A DNA stretch of 63,222 bases, filler included, from Stramenopiles sp. TOSAG23-2 (Eukaryota): NCBI GenBank assembly GCA_900128395.1. It is 2 parts of 2 records of this genome, joined end to end, with 100 filler letters (N's around TTAATTAATTAA, not from the genome) between each part and the next. Parts side by side here need not be neighbours in the genome. Positions count along the whole stretch, not along the records: positions 1 to 31,641 come from LT649369.1; 1 more part is not named here. The stretch is one strand, 5' to 3'. Made by a program: the position numbers and the translations under genes. Of the stretch, positions 11,601-20,656 are shown in pieces (within the stretch, counting starts at the first letter, position 1; every line of letters starts with the position of its first letter). The notes under the pieces are model-generated. The model was not told the origin of the DNA, ran no database searches, and saw nothing but the letters and a program-made list of their open reading frames with translations.

Positions 11601-12457
11601 AACAACGTGACAATCGTGCTCAACAGCAAGCAAGAGATGATGTGACGGAATGGTTTACTTTAAAACAAGGTAAAAAAATGCAAAAGTTGGAATACAAAAA
11701 GCGTAAGAAATATTCAATAAAACGGGTAAGCGTAGTGAAAAAGGCTATTAGAAATTCAAAGAGAGAATTGAAAGAGGCAGAAAAAGAATATAAATACATC
11801 ATGTCCAGAAGCCAGGCTTACGACGACAATCCTGCAGCATTTGAAAACCACAGATTTAACACTATTCAAGAAAGAGATGCGATGGTCATGGATGCTAATT
11901 TAGGTATGAATAAGCTAACTGAGACTCTAGAGCAATATAAAGATAATTTGGAAGAAGTTATTTTGTTAAGCAAACGTAAGAAAAAAGAAATTGAAGAAGA
12001 ATTATATTTCGAGTTATTGGAAAAATATGCAAGGGTGGCGCGTGAAAATGTTATTGATGACGGTAGAGTTTATGCACGAGATCGCAAATTGAGGAGGCCA
12101 TGGGATGGACGAAATGGTAAATTGTATAAACAGTGGTTAAGAGAACAAGCAGATCTGATGGCATTGATCACTGGTGGTGGTGGAGATGATACCGACTCTG
12201 ACTCTTCCTCAGGTGATACACCTCGTGATTTATTTGGTTTCAAAGTCAAAGTGGATCCTCTTGAAACTAAATTTGAATGGGATAAATACGTTGATCCATT
12301 GGAGAAAGAAATGAAAGAGAAAGCTAGGTTGGCAAAAATTGCAAAGAAGAAGGAAAAAGCAGAAAGGCGTGCGTTGGCAGAAGCAGCTGGAGAAGACTTT
12401 GATGAAAGTAGCAGTAGTGAGGATGAAGATGATGATGATGAAGATATTGAAGATTAA
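5666..12457 (+). CDS. Giant leucine-rich repeat protein (2263 aa) with RP(G/S)T-repeat disordered N-terminus, WW-like inserts and coiled-coil/acidic C-terminus
   Basis: Many LxxLxLxxNxLxxLP repeats (e.g. LHTVRLSGNKLTTIP, LIELILDHNKLTVLP); repeated SRPGT/RPxTA motifs at the N-terminus; uninterrupted 6.8-kb ORF. Confidence 0.9.
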   Translation: MFPSITPKKGSDEDVDKEKKEKKENSNSNNINKTNEDFESFSISKINNNDNNDISRPNTSGSMGAMSDNNNSRPSTRENNMRRDGNSRPSTSDNNGDNSLGFVEGNLNFFPPRPGTADSGYFEDDNESESHSRPGTSGSMTFSRPVTRENDITNSRPGTREGDDNNSRPSTREGFGLDNYDNRSEYYNDSEDGNNSRPGTSGSMNFFPPRPGTADSMDWNNEVGQNIRPRTSDTFRRPDTADRLRSDFRPDSADTYGQLSRPGTTEGQFIQERRPGTSETFRRPNTADIIRTGVRPGTADTFYTDEQSSIGGSSRPQTAATIRPMDQQQMQQNQIPKKHIRPVTAALDGGYNKNNNNDNNIQQQSQFNTNDRNKKPVGILKKKRPQTAMVKSHIPMSVVADAKRSVDNKKMRPRTAKFNLSGKPPTGKSRPTSSAAGTKQNHAGSRPRQKIKKRPISGTTPLPKEADPLKNTGPKIIITKSPKKIDFRPSKLLKDEERIGGFGKRPYDLTEREKRKVKEMAAIGKTVKRKAQKLRNTNKLRVSRDPYAVKDAKDFFEELSRPQSAASQMTSRSRPRSPSPIVPHPRGGKVLPRPATASIMAQIRKEAEDDEDNNPWEVNLSSSVPIPRTAARATSPPTDAQRRPWVPEKKSMPEGWKPKNPRPWSTDETLTRNGVNRGSILLADGRPHTVGSLPRPTKILSYNEAYDVSQSHSEARKIIKMQHKLVDEDQHRMYEDWVLDKADLALTKRNVKSWGTKGPGVTENPVVRAIKKTDLREKKKKKKGTHMRSPQREKRPHTVTGATGLKGERRKMVYKYKDEQTYHAALLDSYRTGELEILWKGLQQIPRRIAFNTLLLSMHHLHTVRLSGNKLTTIPSWYFTTLHCTTELNIGNNRLKKLPEALGLMHQLVKFACPQNRITYMPESFTKLTNLTQLKAAGNGLSMLPKRIGHLYKLRIVRLEDNNLRTLPGDFQKLVKLQELSLNRNRMGSLALITPLDPPKKRTDNDEDWVQQKVGDFGLLWFNKITGECRRYKPPARKIETKLDEDLKIDLSKLKKPGQHETLESAFDGLSNLQKRGKLGEEGRGVYDIRFDPIEGFPFFVNNLTNEKIMEMPYEIDNFGRIGNIKRLNLSFNILHDIPKSIGKLHYLIELILDHNKLTVLPIEIQGLFRLKTLSVVDNRLKEIPCQIRNMTSLERLAINYNKLKEIPPDIAELPKLTRLWISNNYITVIPAQYYKLTLLTQLYAGDNPWETPPKKTVQKGIVPILRDCKERWERYRRGGRPPEVTTMSVGILSEVVVPEPRYQAKLESAHKSAARTNQLRLQWLQLKEIPPQFYELTSLTDLGVMCNLLTTIPITLCKKLTALTTLNMYNNNLTAIPDGISALKNLKSLNLERNKIEKISGRISFLNQLEYLRLTANRIKTLPEKFHRLKNIKELHLDVNNLHKLPDAIVELPKLRVLLLMKNKLRKFPPNIIQLKRLEILNLNQNFLSRMPKSIHELPRLKELCLSHNRIGKLAESFGLGALQSTLAKLWLYGNNVVELPYSFRFLTTLDDLRLEHNPMRSPPPALALEGPARIRIYLEDRITRNTALKEQLNEKLLRFNTRNLSPQSSEVLIRSKYLAADTTVGYLNDDDLLYVDKMVDNYINADYYNYELTLQEIVAWIEETKEHRRIEFQKELLNRFLVWIEWAEMEENEQPTLLTDDIYRFDMVRKWGEEVQGQRNAEPVFAIVTPAIFRKEKWVPADDGIEEKQDNEVGDEDDIYKSIVDRGNDRIKRRNAHEEHQQMIKRDYTFEYVLTFDYSERQLLEAAKMFLGPYGPVAQVESGVKFQLDAAGKARAKIRAQERLEKMREKERKRRHKIKMEREKKLLEKKNAKAEKKEKKRLAKEAKKKKKGNKGDENKESDGEDVTSGGEDVTSGGEDATSGDEEKQKETDGDATEGEEEEEEEEEEDILLKKNDALVLLKTIYTQEEVNRKYQEEQRDNRAQQQARDDVTEWFTLKQGKKMQKLEYKKRKKYSIKRVSVVKKAIRNSKRELKEAEKEYKYIMSRSQAYDDNPAAFENHRFNTIQERDAMVMDANLGMNKLTETLEQYKDNLEEVILLSKRKKKEIEEELYFELLEKYARVARENVIDDGRVYARDRKLRRPWDGRNGKLYKQWLREQADLMALITGGGGDDTDSDSSSGDTPRDLFGFKVKVDPLETKFEWDKYVDPLEKEMKEKARLAKIAKKKEKAERRALAEAAGEDFDESSSSEDEDDDDEDIED

Positions 12458-13141
12458 AAAAAATAAAAAAAAACTTTTTTGTTTATCATTATATTTAATT
12501 ATATTTAATCATATACCGAAGTAAAACTACACATGTCATTTCTATTTTTCATTTTACGCCCCACCATTATTGTCATTTAAATCAGAGTTCGTACGAGTAT
12601 CATAATTAATTACATGTATGTACATCGTATTATTTCAATTATACGAATATGATATATATACTAAAAGAAGTAAATTTACGCTCGTACTATGCATACCTTT
12701 TATAATTTCCTCTTCCTCATTTTTTCAAGTCATAAAGCAGATATTATTTTACACAAAAGTAAAATTAATAATTTTTATATCCACCAACCATCATTATAAC
12801 AATTTTTCTCTTACCTTTCCCACTACGAAAAGGAAGATTAAATCAAACGAGAACGCCGAGATGTGATCCTAACTGTATTATACATGTATTGAAAACAATG
12901 GAAAACACATAACTAAAGTATTGAATAAACACGTTCTGTGACATCAGCATATTAATATGTACTCATTTTAATACAAAAAATATATTTAAACATTTTTTGG
13001 TTCATCTTCAACAGTTGAATATTCATCTGTAGCAACTTTTGACACGTTGTTTTTACTAATATTACTTTTATTAATATTTCTAATCAAACAATTACATGTA
13101 CTGAAAATCATAACAGCTGCCCTGGTTGCAGCTGTACTGGG

Positions 13142-14086
13142 TCAAAAACGCGTCAGGGCTAACATACTTGAATTAACTATCGCTGATAAAATTAAAATTT
13201 TATTAACATTTGTATTTACACTATTTATGCTAACAAAATGTATGTCATATAATATTTTAATCAATGCATTTAAATATATGAAGAAAACGACTTTGTATGG
13301 AATTGTTGTCACAGCATTGCCCCGCCGTTTCCAAATGATAATGGTACTTAATGTGCTAAGAAATGAAAAAGGATTTGAACCATGAATTTCAAACATAAAT
13401 ATGTCAATAGTCAAAATCCATATTATCAACACTACAATATATATATTAATATTTAATTGTAAAAATATCCAAATCAATAATAATAAAATAACGTGAAATA
13501 AGCTCCATAATCTTAAAACATTGGAGTATACGTGAGTTTGTACGTTGCAAAACAATAATCTCATTGATTTATTTTTTCCACCTGGTGGTACAAATGGTTT
13601 AAATTTGCTGTTTTCTTGTATATATGGACTCCATTCGATATTTTCATGTCCACTTTTGATCGTTAATAGTTCTTTGTTTGTTTTAATTATATTTATAATT
13701 GTTTCAGAATTTTGTACAATATCGTCACTTCCTCCATGAAATATGCCATCAATAATTATAACAGGAAATGATATACTTGGTTTCGCTAGGAGCTTTTTCA
13801 AAGCAAAACGATAGTTGATTGACTCACCATTTTTAACATAAATTTCATTTCCATTGGCATTATTAAATAAAAAATCCTTTCCACTTTTACAATAACCACA
13901 TCCTTCTTTAACATATATAACTATCCTATTTGTTTCTATATCTTGTAAAATTTGATTTGCTGTTTTTTTAACTGACTTGGAATGGTAACATATTAAACCG
14001 CATGTAATGTCATCCAAATATTGGGCGAACCATACCGACAATCCTGTTTTAGCAACTTCCACATGGCTTTTTCGTTTATTCGCCAT
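13142..14086 (-). CDS. Glutaredoxin (CGYC) fused to a DUF4395-like membrane domain; may extend through UGA to 12986
   Basis: KEGCGYC active site and SFPVIIIDGIFHGGSDD glutaredoxin motif, followed by several hydrophobic helices. Confidence 0.8.
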   Translation of the reverse strand: MANKRKSHVEVAKTGLSVWFAQYLDDITCGLICYHSKSVKKTANQILQDIETNRIVIYVKEGCGYCKSGKDFLFNNANGNEIYVKNGESINYRFALKKLLAKPSISFPVIIIDGIFHGGSDDIVQNSETIINIIKTNKELLTIKSGHENIEWSPYIQENSKFKPFVPPGGKNKSMRLLFCNVQTHVYSNVLRLWSLFHVILLLLIWIFLQLNINIYIVVLIIWILTIDIFMFEIHGSNPFSFLSTLSTIIIWKRRGNAVTTIPYKVVFFIYLNALIKILYDIHFVSINSVNTNVNKILILSAIVNSSMLALTRF

Positions 14087-14713
14087 CGTTTGTTTTTGTC
14101 ATCAAGTGTGGTTATATTATATATATATACTATTTCTACTTCTTTGTTTCATCCTTTATTGATTATAAAGATCTATATCTATATATATATAAAACAACAA
14201 TTTGTTGGGTTTGGTATGCATATTCAATTATCATCAATTATTATTATTATACCTGTGTAGTTAGCATGGTCATAGCACTAACAAAAAGCTATAGTAATAT
14301 TATTAATATTAATATTATAGTTTTTGGTTGATGATTCATACTGGAATATGTTTGCGAATACATGTTCCAAAAAGAACAAAAACTATCAAAACCAAAAGAA
14401 ATACAATTTAATTATTATACCTTAATGTTTTTTATAATGCTATTGCAGTGTTATTGGCACCGGCGTGTTATATTGAAGAACCACAATAATAAAATACACA
14501 CATTATATGCAACACATGATGAATTGTGGTGTATCTTTTTTATAAAAATTGTTGTGCATGTATATAAACTATATCTATATAGAATATATGTTTGTATGTA
14601 GACATGCATAATAATACATAGAGATTATCATTGTATCAGATTTTAAGTTGTTTATACATTAATTTATTTATATATATATATATATATATATTTATATTCA
14701 ATTTTCGACAATA

Positions 14714-16738
14714 ATGCCAAGTGGTAACAACGAATTTTCATTATTACAAAACGCAAATAATAATAGTGACAGCGGAAATAGAAAGGTAACGTCTACCTCT
14801 TTAAATATGGTATCCGATACTGATGCATCTTCCAGGAATGTTTCAGGATTTGAGCATACGGCAATTGAAGTGCCAAAATCAGAGGCACCAGGGACACGGT
14901 GCATTGATTTTAAATTACTATGGGCATATACTGGGCCTGGTTGGTTAATGTCTATTGCCTACATAGATCCTGGCAATCTTGAAGCGGACTTACAGTCAGG
15001 GGCATATGCGGGGATGCAACTACTATGGATGTTATTTTGGGCAACTGTTGCTGGTTTGTTGTTGCAAATCTTAGCGTTACGCTTAGGCGTAGTGACCGGT
15101 AAAAACCTTGCACAAGTTTGCAGGGAAAGATACTCAAGACCTACATCATTTATATTATGGATCATGACGGAATTAGCTATTATTGGTTCCGATATACAAG
15201 AAGTGGTTGGCAGTGCAATTGCATTTAAAATATTATTTGGTTGGAAATTATGGGTAGGATGTGTTGTGACAGGACTTGATACTTTCACGTTTCTCCTATT
15301 ACATGTATTAGGTACAAGAGCCTTAGAGGCCTTTTTCACTTCACTTATTTTTATTATGTTGGTTTGTTTTGTGATTAATTTTGCTGGTGCAGATCCACAA
15401 TGGTTAGGTGGCATGAGTGATGATGGTGGTGGTATTTTATTTGGCACGGCTGTGCCAACTGTTGATGATTACGCGCTTGTTCAAGCCGTTGGAATATTAG
15501 GTGCAGTGATTATGCCACATAATATATATTTACATTCAGCACTGGTAACTAGTCGCAAAATCAATCGCCGTGATCCAAAGCAAATTGAATTAGCAAATAA
15601 ATATTTCTCTATTGAAGGTAGTGTTGCACTTTTCGTCTCTTTTTTAATTAATGGTGCGGTAGTCGCGGTGTTTTCACGTGGTTTTTTTAATCGAAATCAA
15701 TGCGCACGACCAGGTTGGGATACACAAACAGGATTAGTAGAGGGGAATGTGATCATAAATGGCAGTAATGTTAATTTGGCTTGTTATCCTGGGCCAGAAC
15801 GCGACGGCTGTCATATCAGTTTACAAACAGGAGAATATTTAAGTTGTGTAACACCGTTAGGTTTGGAAGGTAAATGTTGTGGTATAGGTTTACATAATGC
15901 TGGTACGGCATTAGAAGGTTTTCTTGGTAAAAGCGCTAAATTCGTGTGGGCAATCGGATTATTAGCAGCTGGACAAAGTTCAACCATGACTGGTACGTTT
16001 GCTGGACAATTTGTTATGGAAGGTTTTTTAAATTGGAAAGTCAGTCCATGGATACGGGTTATGATCACACGCACTGTAGCAATTGGTCCCGCAATTGCAG
16101 TGGCGATCATTTCATCATCTAATGCTACTGCTGGTGATGTCTTAAATGAATGGTTAAATGTTTTGCAAAGTGTACAGTTGCCATTCGCTGTGTTACCTGT
16201 TTTACATTTCACTTCAGATTCAAGAGTGATGGGTGAATTTGTTAATCGTGGTCCAGTAAAAGTCGTGTGTTGGTTTTTAGCTGCTCTCGTTATAGTTATT
16301 AATTTTTATTTAGTTACAACATTTGTGACTGCGCCAGATTCGTAAGTTTGCGCCTCCCTTTATATGAACTTGAAAACTTACATATACGTATTTATTTATA
16401 TTTATATATTAATATATATATTCAAAATATCTAACAAAACACCCTTTTTTTTATATATATAACACAGGCCAACACCACAAACTCCACTTTTTTTCATGTT
16501 CGTAATTCTTGTAGGAGTGTTATATTTGACATTTATATTTTATGTTATTAAAGAAGATTTGCAAGAGTTTTGGAAATTGATAAGACGAAGCATGGGTCAA
16601 AATGATACTTTTGATGATAGCTTAAATCTATTGAAGGAAGATAGTAATGAAGGTGATAGTAATATTTATTATGAAAATTTAGATAGTAATAGTAACATCG
16701 TTGATGATTACGGTGCAATAAATAGTGATGAAGTTTAA
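14714..16738 (+). CDS. NRAMP: NRAMP/SLC11 divalent metal transporter, two exons (14714-16341, 16468-16738)
   Basis: GPGWLMSIAYIDPGN, IMPHNIYLHS and AAGQSSTMTGTFAGQFVMEGFL signatures. Splicing GTAAGT(16342)...ACAG(16467) joins in frame to the 16496 ORF, which supplies the last TM helix. Confidence 0.95.
16342..16467 (+). other. Spliceosomal GT-AG intron (126 nt) in NRAMP
   Basis: GTAAGT donor, CTAAC branch-point-like motif near 16431, T-tract and CAG acceptor; removal restores the frame (..PDS-PTPQTPLFFMFVIL..). Confidence 0.9.
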
Positions 16739-16874
16739 AAATAAATGAAGCGAGAGATTATTTTTTATTTTTGCTTTTAGCTCCGTCTCTTGTTTATTCT
16801 GTGTGTGTGTTGAGTGCTTGTATGCATCATGTGTTTATATTGTTATATATATAATATTTGCTATACGTCCTACG

Positions 16875-17084
16875 TCCAGCGCGTTCAACGAGAGCGCATG
16901 GAAGGATAGAAACCTACTCGTGCTTGTAGAGTATTAGTTTGCAGAGAGGTGCATTAGAGCTTTACTATAGTATCATAGGATAGATTATCATATTATTCTT
17001 GCGATTGAGTATTGAGAGCATAATATTACTTAACACCGAGAAGTGTAAAATTATTATATAACTTAGCTTTAGATTTTAACCATC
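16875..17084 (+). repeat. Dispersed ~200-bp repeat family, copy A
   Basis: TCCAGCGCGTTCAACGAGAGCGCA...GCGATTGAGTATTGAG...TAGATTTTAACCATC, alignable to 26999-27399, 30356-30560 and 37386-37639. Confidence 0.9.
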
Positions 17085-17910
17085 GATATTCGTAATATTT
17101 TCTATAAATATTATATATATATGCAGCTGATGCTTCGTGTAATCGCAGTTCTGATGCCCAAATATCTTTACACAACCTTGTGCCGATTACTGACTCTGAT
17201 GCGAGTCATATTCATTGCACTTTAAACTGTATATGCAAGAAGGATCATGATATACTCTACCACGGTGCGATGTATCACACACCTTTGAACAATACACGGT
17301 TTTCAATTGATGCATATAATGCGTTAATTGCATCTATTTACCTCCACCAATGTTTTTATATCTTAAAAATATTGGCACACTCTGTGGATTTCAATGAATT
17401 CTATCGCAATGTTACGATTCATTGTCCATCTTTCAGTTTAGTGAGATAGATTTGTCTCAGTTATTGTATTCTTTCTGGAGAGTAGGAATTATCATGAGTA
17501 AATTAAAAAATAAGTTATGCATATTTTAAAATTTAAATATAAAAAATTCTCTTATCATATTTATTAAATATAAAAAATTCTCTTACTTAAAATTTAAATA
17601 TATATATGCATATATATGATATAATATACTTCTACGAAATCTATAATATATTTTATACACGCAAATATAATTTTTTTTAAAATACGAGAGCTTCGTGCTT
17701 CTTGTGTGTGTCTCATTTTTTTACATATCTGTTTTTTTTTGTGCACGTTTTTATTTATTTTTTTACAACCACACACACTGTACACATTAAAAATGCAATC
17801 TCTCTTCTTTTTATTTTATTATAAAAAACAGTATTTTACGAACTCGTGTCTATAGAAATGTACATCTTTTCGTATGCGTGATATACGCTACTACTAGCTT
17901 TCAAATAATT

Positions 17911-19494
17911 TTAAAATTTCGGCAAATTAGGCGGAGGGCATAAACTAATGTCATATGCATTTGGACCTGGTGTTTCTGAGGCATTATGTATTGTCCATTC
18001 CAAATCTGATTTTGGTCTTGCACTACTAAAACGACCCCCACGTAAGCGACTTGCAACATCTTTATCGGGTGAATATTGATTAGGGCCTGGAGTTTGACTA
18101 GCATTTAAAATGATCCAATCAATATCTGACTTTGGGTTTGCATCAGAAATTTTAATTGCACCAGCTGTATTTGGACGAGTGTAATCGTCATTAATTTTAT
18201 AATAATTTGGACCTGGCGTTTCTGCACTTCGTAGCATCAAAATTTCAGTATCAGTTTTTGGTTTAGCTGTTGAAATTCTTCCACCTTTCATCCTATCTGG
18301 CACATCTGCAAATCCATATTGATTTGGACCAGGTGTTTGACTGGCCCTATATTGTATCAGCTCAATTTCTGATTTTGGTCTACTTTCATTAAATTTACCA
18401 CCAGACATACCGTATGTTCCAGAATATTTTGCCATGTCATATTGATTTGGCCCAGGTGTCTCTGCTGCTCTGATCATTTTAAGATCAATATCACTTAATG
18501 GATTTGCGTCACTAATACGAATTCCACCTTGTCCACTACCAAATTGTGGAAGCTTATATTGTCCCGGGCCTGGTGTTTCTGCCGCTCTCAACATTTTTAA
18601 TTCTATATCTGTTTTTGGGAAGGACGTACTAAATCTACCACCGCCGTCTGCAAGGGTAGATGGAATAGAATATTGATTAGGGCCGGGAGTGCGGCTTGCA
18701 CGAAGCATAATAATTTCGGTGGATGTCATTGGTTTTGCTGTACTAAAGCGTCCACCCCCCATTTTACTATAATCGTGTGCGACATTGTATTGATTTGGCC
18801 CAGGTGTCTCTGCTGCTCTGATCATTTTAAGATCAATATCACTTAATGGATTTGCGTCACTAATACGAATTCCACCTTTTCCACTACCAAATTGTGGAAG
18901 CTTATATTGTCCCGGGCCTGGTGTTTCTGCCGCTCTCAACATTTTTATTTCGATATCACTTTTCGGTCTAGCATTTGAGAATCTACCTCCACCAGGTTTA
19001 CTCCAACGCCCAGTAGCGCTGGATGGTTGGACATGGTATTTACTTGGTTTTTTCTTTTGCCTAGGTTTTGATAAACGATTGATTATATCCATATTTATAG
19101 GTGCGTACTTTTTTGGTGATTTTCGAACTGGTGGGCCACGTTTCCCCCTTAGACTTTGTGATGTGGTTGGTCGTCTGTCATATAACCTACTGCTTCCACT
19201 ACCTGCAGTTCTGGTTTTTGCCCTTAAACTTTTTGCAGATGCCGACTTCGATGGTTGTGACCTTGTCTTTATAGGAGAAGCATACTTTGATGGCCTTTTA
19301 TTTGCTGCTGTGGTCCTCGGTCTACTATTTGCATTTCTGTCATTAATCTGTTTTCTACTTGGTTTTGCCTTCTTAGTTTTATTTAGTGGTTCTTCGTCTT
19401 CAAAAAAATTCTTTAAAAATGCTTTTTTCTCTTGATCTGCGTTTGTTGCCTCATCTAACTTATTTTTCAAATCAACTTCACGCTTATCCGACAT
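17911..19494 (-). CDS. STPG/SHIPPO (ODF3-like) PGP-repeat flagellar protein
   Basis: About nine TPGP(N/G)xY repeats spaced by GGRFSxAxPKSDIE units. Confidence 0.85.
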   Translation of the reverse strand: MSDKREVDLKNKLDEATNADQEKKAFLKNFFEDEEPLNKTKKAKPSRKQINDRNANSRPRTTAANKRPSKYASPIKTRSQPSKSASAKSLRAKTRTAGSGSSRLYDRRPTTSQSLRGKRGPPVRKSPKKYAPINMDIINRLSKPRQKKKPSKYHVQPSSATGRWSKPGGGRFSNARPKSDIEIKMLRAAETPGPGQYKLPQFGSGKGGIRISDANPLSDIDLKMIRAAETPGPNQYNVAHDYSKMGGGRFSTAKPMTSTEIIMLRASRTPGPNQYSIPSTLADGGGRFSTSFPKTDIELKMLRAAETPGPGQYKLPQFGSGQGGIRISDANPLSDIDLKMIRAAETPGPNQYDMAKYSGTYGMSGGKFNESRPKSEIELIQYRASQTPGPNQYGFADVPDRMKGGRISTAKPKTDTEILMLRSAETPGPNYYKINDDYTRPNTAGAIKISDANPKSDIDWIILNASQTPGPNQYSPDKDVASRLRGGRFSSARPKSDLEWTIHNASETPGPNAYDISLCPPPNLPKF

Positions 19495-20427
19495 AATTTA
19501 TTGTGCTTGTCAACTGTCTGCTTCTTAATTTTTTCCTTTGTTGAGTATAAAGACAAATAAATTATATATTTACAATAAATGATCGTTCTATGCTTGGCTA
19601 TTTAACAATTTGACGTCTTAGCATGGTTTATGTTCATTAACTTTATGCAAAGGTATATATATATATAAATACATTAGTATTAATAATAATAATATATTAT
19701 TATTACTACTAGTAGTTATATGGTATACCAGTATAGTAATAGTAGATATAATAATAATAATAATATTTTTTTAATAATAGCAAAATAATAATAATAGTTA
19801 ACAGTGCTGTGTAATGCTATTATCAGGTATGCCAGGTGGTACTTATTTACCTTTTTGCTTAGAAAAGTCAATGCTATTTGTATGGTACAAAAAGGAGATT
19901 TATCAACGAATAAGTCTGTGTGTCTGTGTAATAATAATAATAATGTGTAAAAAATATTACACTATAAAATACTTCATACTTCATATACCCCAGATATTAA
20001 TACCAGCGCATACCAGCAGCAGCATACCAGCATACCAGCATACATTCTAATTCTTTAAATGAAAAATAATGCTGCGATGCTAGGTGATGGTAGACTATGG
20101 TAAATTATAGTAATATTAATAGGAAGACAGCAGTTATTACGTTATTAGTTATTACTTAGCTCTTATAGCTAGACTAGGAGCTAGCTGAGCTAGCCGCCAG
20201 CTAGAGCTAGCTCTAGCTGCCAGCAGCATTTGTAATATCACAGGATCACACAGGATGACGTTGAGTGCTGGAGTGCCAAGTGCCAAAATTACAAAAGGAG
20301 AATACTGAGAGATGGTGTTAAAAAAAAAATGTGCGTATTACTAAGTGCCTATAATAACCACAGGCTAAGTATACAGGAGGTATTATTATTACCACAACAA
20401 GAAGAAGACGGTGGTGGTATTTTTTAT

Positions 20428-20623
20428 AAAAAAATCTAGAAGTTAAAGTGTGATTTATGACAATAACATATATGGTGACAACGTCCAGGAAACCACAAAA
20501 CATATAAATCAAATCGTCCATTTCGAAAAAAATCTAGAAGTTAAAGTGTGATTTATGACAATAACATATATGGTGACAACGTCCAGGAAACCACAAAACA
20601 TATAAATCAAATCGTCCATTTCG
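20428..20623. repeat. Exact tandem duplication of a 98-bp unit
   Basis: 20428-20525 is identical to 20526-20623. Confidence 0.9.
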
Positions 20624-20656
20624 TTCTTGTCGACACAAATAGTCTCCTTTATAACA

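Noticed and set aside
16875..17084. Dispersed repeat as CRISPR array, tRNA-SINE, hammerhead retrozyme or Helitron end
   Set aside because: No regular repeat-spacer structure, no A/B boxes, no CUGANGA/GAAA core. The minus-strand hairpin-CTGG end lacks the usual spacing, the following T and the 5' TC of Helitrons.
17121..17449. Coding-like stretch next to repeat copy A
   Set aside because: About 110 open codons without an ATG in frame near the start or any recognisable motif; cannot be supported as a gene.
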